A stretch of 64,000 bases of DNA, taken from positions 1 through 64,000 of the forward strand of contig NIVC01000968.1 of assembly GCA_002269645.1 (NCBI GenBank), given 5' to 3'. Below are positions 60,705-64,000 of the stretch, in pieces. Source of the stretch: Macrostomum lignano. Taxonomy: Eukaryota. Below the pieces are notes generated by a model that made no database searches, was not told where the DNA came from, and saw only the letters and a list, made by a program, of their open reading frames with translations. The position numbers and the translations under genes were made by a program. Position 1 is the first letter of the stretch. Each line of letters begins with the position of its first letter.

Positions 60705-62855
60705 ATTGAATCTGGGTCAGTGGGGGGCTGCGTCAATTGAATCTAGGTCAGTGGGGGGCTGCGTCAATTGAATCTGGGTCAGTGGGGGGCTGGGTCAATT
60801 GAATCTGGGTCAGTGGGGGGCTGGGTCAATTGAATTTAGGTCAGTGGGGGCTGCGTCAATTGAATCTAGGTCAGTGGGGGGCTGCGTCAATTGAATCTAG
60901 GTCAGTGGGGGGCTGGGTCAATTTAATCTAGGTCAGTAGGGGGCTGGGTCAATTGAATCTGGGTCAGTGGGGGCTGGGTCAATTGAATTTAGGTCAGTGG
61001 GGGGCTGCGTCAATTGAATCTGGGTCAGTGGGGGCTGCGTCAATTGAATCTAGGTCAGTGGGGGGCTGCGTCAATTGAATCTAGGTCAGTAGGGGGCTGG
61101 GTCAATTGAATCTGGGTCAGTGGGGGCTGCGTCAATTGAATCTAGGTCAGTGGGGGGCTGGGTCAATTTAATCTAGGTCAGTAGGGGGCTGGGTCAATTG
61201 AATCTGGGTCAGTGGGGGGCTGGGTCAATTGAATTTAGGTCAGTGGGGGGCTGCGTCAATTGAATCTAGGTCAGTGGGGGGCTGCGTCAATTGAATCTAG
61301 GTCAGTGGGGGGCTGGGTCAATTTAATCTAGGTCAGTGGGGTGCTGGGTCAATTGAATCTAGGTCAGTGGGGGGCTGCGTCAATTGAATCTAGGTCAGTA
61401 GGGGGCTGGGTCAATTGAATCTGGGTCAGTGGGGGGCTGCGTCAATTGAATCTAGGTCAGTAGGGGGCTGGGTCAATTGAATCTGGGTCAGTGGGGGCTG
61501 GGTCAATTGAATTTAGGTCAGTGGGGGCTGCGTCAATTGAATCTAGGTCAGTGGGGGGCTGCGTCAATTGAATCTAGGTCAGTGGGAGGCTGGGTCAATT
61601 TAATCTAGGTCAGTGGGGTGCTGGGTCAATTGAATCTAGGTCAGTGGGGGCTGCGTCAATTGAATCTAGGTCAGTAGGGGGCTGGGTCGATTGAATCTGG
61701 GTCAGAGGGGGGCTGGGTCAATTGAATTTAGGTCAGTGGGGGGCTGCGTCAATTGAATCTAGGTCAGTGGGGGGCTGCGTCAATTGAATCTAGGTCAGTG
61801 GGGGGGCTGGGTCAATTGAATCTGGATCAGTGGTGGGCTGGGTCATTGAATCTGGGTCAGTGATAGGCTAGGTCAGTTGAATCTGGGTCAGTGATGGGCT
61901 AGGTCAGTTGAATCTGGGTCAGTGAGGGGCTGGGTCAATTGAATTTAGGTCAGTGGGGGGCTGCGTCAATTGAATCTAGGTCAGTGGGGGGCTGCGTCAA
62001 TTGAATCTAGGTCAGTGGGGGGCTGGGTCAATTTAATCTAGGTCAGTAGGGGGCTGGGTCAATTGAATCTGGGTCAGTGGGGGGCTGGGTCAATTGAATT
62101 TAGGTCAGTGGGGGCTGCGTCAATTGAATCTAGGTCAGTGGGGGGCTGCGTCAATTGAATCTAGGTCAGTGGGGGCTGGGTCAATTTAATCTAGGTCAGT
62201 GGGGTGCTGGGTCAATTGAATCTAGGTCAGTGGGGGGCTGCGTCAATTGAATCTAGGTCAGTAGGGGCTGGGTCAATTGAATCTGGGTCAGTGGGGGCTG
62301 CGTCAATTGAATCTAGGTCAGTAGGGGGCTGGGTCAATTGAATCTGGGTCAGTGGGGGGCTGCGTCAATTGAATTTAGGTCAGTGGGGGGCTGCGTCAAT
62401 TGAATCTAGGTCAGTGGGGGGCTGGGTCAATTGAATCTAGGTCAGTGGGAGGCTGGGTCAATTTAATCTAGGTCAGTGGGGTGCTGGGTCAATTGAATCT
62501 AGGTCAGTGGGGGGCTGCGTCAATTGAATCTAGGTCAGTAGGGGGCTGGGTCGATTGAATCTGGGTCAGAGGGGGGCTGGGTCAATTGAATTTAGGTCAG
62601 TGGGGGGCTGCGTCAATTGAATCTAGGTCAGTGGGGGGCTGCGTCAATTGAATCTAGGTCAGTGGGGGGGGCTGGGTCAATTGAATCTGGATCAGTGGTG
62701 GGCTGGGTCATTGAATCTGGGTCAGTGATAGGCTAGGTCAGTTGAATCTGGGTCAGTGATGGGCTAGGTCAGTTGAATCTGGGTCAGTGAGGGGCTGGGT
62801 CAATTTAATCTGGGTCACTGATGGGCTAGGTCAATTGAATTTGGGTCAATTGAAC
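60705..62855 (+). repeat. ~31-bp G-rich minisatellite (~69 units) in Nup210 intron 10
   Basis: GTCAGTGGGGGGCTG(G/C)GTCAATTGAATCT(A/G)G unit; a diagnostic variant block recurs 865 bp apart (61821 and 62686). Confidence 0.95.
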
Positions 62856-63033
62856 AGGGTTAATTCATCTTCTGAGTCATGATAATTTGAGTCACCCATC
62901 TGGGTCATAGAAATTAGGCCACTGCCCCGGTCACATTGGATTTCACTGTAAACTATTTCAATATAAGAATGTAAGGGAAGCCACAATGTAATGCACTTCA
63001 GTAACCATGCTATCCTATTCCACTCAACTGCAG

Positions 63034-63819
63034 GTCGGCAGTCTGACCCACCTTTTGAGCCACCTGGGCCAGCCGCTCCGAGCCAAGCGCATGTCAGCCG
63101 GGGTCCGCCTGTGCGGCCTCTCGCCGGGTCAGGCCGTTGTCCGGCTTCGCTTGCACCGCGACCAGAACCAGCAGCGGCCGCTGCACCAGGCCGAGCTGTC
63201 AATCCGCGTGGTGGCCGCCCTGTCCGTGCCGGGCATCTGCGCCGAGCCGATCCGCATGGCGCCTGGCAGCAGCTACGATCTGTCAGCCAATCGCAAGGCT
63301 GGCGACCTGCGCTATAGCCTTATTGAGACTGCTCAGCCTGTGTCTCTCTATCAGCAGCAGCATCAGCAACAGGTGGTCACCCTCAGCTCCTCTGGCCAGC
63401 TGACCGCTCTGAACAGCCACGGCAGCTCGCTGCTCACCGTGTCCGCCGAGAGCCGCTGGGCCAATCAGACTCTCACTATGCGAGTTGACATCTGCCCCAT
63501 TGCCTACCTGATGCTGCAGTACGATGGACCTGAACTTCCCCGGATGCGGGCCGATTTGCATCACCTGCCCACTGGCGGCCTGTACGGACTGCGGGTCGCC
63601 GCCTTCACTGCGCTGGGCGACCCGATTCATGCGGCCAACCCGCCCCTGACTGCCCACGCTAGCCGGCTGGACTTTGTGCAACTGTCCGACTTTGCTAATC
63701 AGTCATTTAGCTTGCGAGCTATTGCCAAAGGTTGCACGGCTTTTCAAGTTAGTCACAATGGTCTCCAAGATTTTGCCGTGGTATTCACTGCGCCCGCCAT
63801 TGAGCCGCATGATGTTCAG
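63034..63819 (+). CDS. nup210: Nup210 exon 11 (gene continues beyond the window)
   Basis: caactgcag|GTC ... CAG|gtgagc. 786 nt, open by hand translation (EPIRMAPGSSYDLSANR...FTALGDPIHAAN...SRLDFVQL). Absent from the ORF track because the frame has no stop before the window end. Confidence 0.88.
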
Positions 63820-63842
63820 GTGAGCAGTATGATTGCTAAATC

Positions 63843-63960
63843 ATGCCACCCACCACCCCAATCCATGTCACCCACCTCCCCAATCCGTGACGCCCACCAC
63901 CCCAATCCATGTCACCCACCTCCCCAATCCATGTCACCCACCTCCCCAATCCATGCCACT
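63843..63960. repeat. 22/23-bp minisatellite at the start of Nup210 intron 11
   Basis: CATGTCACCCACCTCCCCAATC unit, ~5 copies. Confidence 0.8.
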
Positions 63961-64000
63961 ACTCTACTCAAATCTGTACCACTAACCGTATTACAAAATA

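Overview
Eukaryotic (metazoan) genomic DNA. The GC-rich, homopolymer-laden exons and satellite-filled introns resemble the flatworm Macrostomum, but the species is an inference. I assembled three spliced protein-coding genes by hand from splice sites and reading frame. (1) A Fezf/earmuff-type six-zinc-finger repressor on the minus strand (4 exons, 13458-4493, 786 aa, N-terminal eh1 motif). (2) A Crk/CrkL-type SH2-SH3-SH3 adaptor on the minus strand (5 exons, 38866-30939, 302 aa). (3) Nup210/gp210 on the plus strand, head-to-head with Crk (11 exons from 42349, 1528 codons in the window, continuing past the right edge). Mobile DNA: a young, full-length Mag-like Ty3/Gypsy LTR element in Nup210 intron 9 (159-bp LTRs with one mismatch, 5-bp TSD, two single-base frameshifts). 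Crk intron 1 holds a decayed DD37D (maT) Tc1/mariner, a 274-bp hAT-type MITE with an 8-bp TSD, and a decayed Penelope-like element interrupted by an 83-bp retro-insertion with a 14-bp TSD. About 20 unrelated mini- and microsatellites are present, mostly one private array per intron. The most unusual signal is in Nup210: the satellites in introns 4, 8 and 10 are built from sense-strand splice signals (AG|GT junctions, branch-point-like motifs, 9-nt in-frame micro-exon-like units). This suggests arrays of recursive splice sites or micro-exons, a hypothesis that cannot be tested from sequence alone. No rRNA, tRNA or CRISPR array is supportable.
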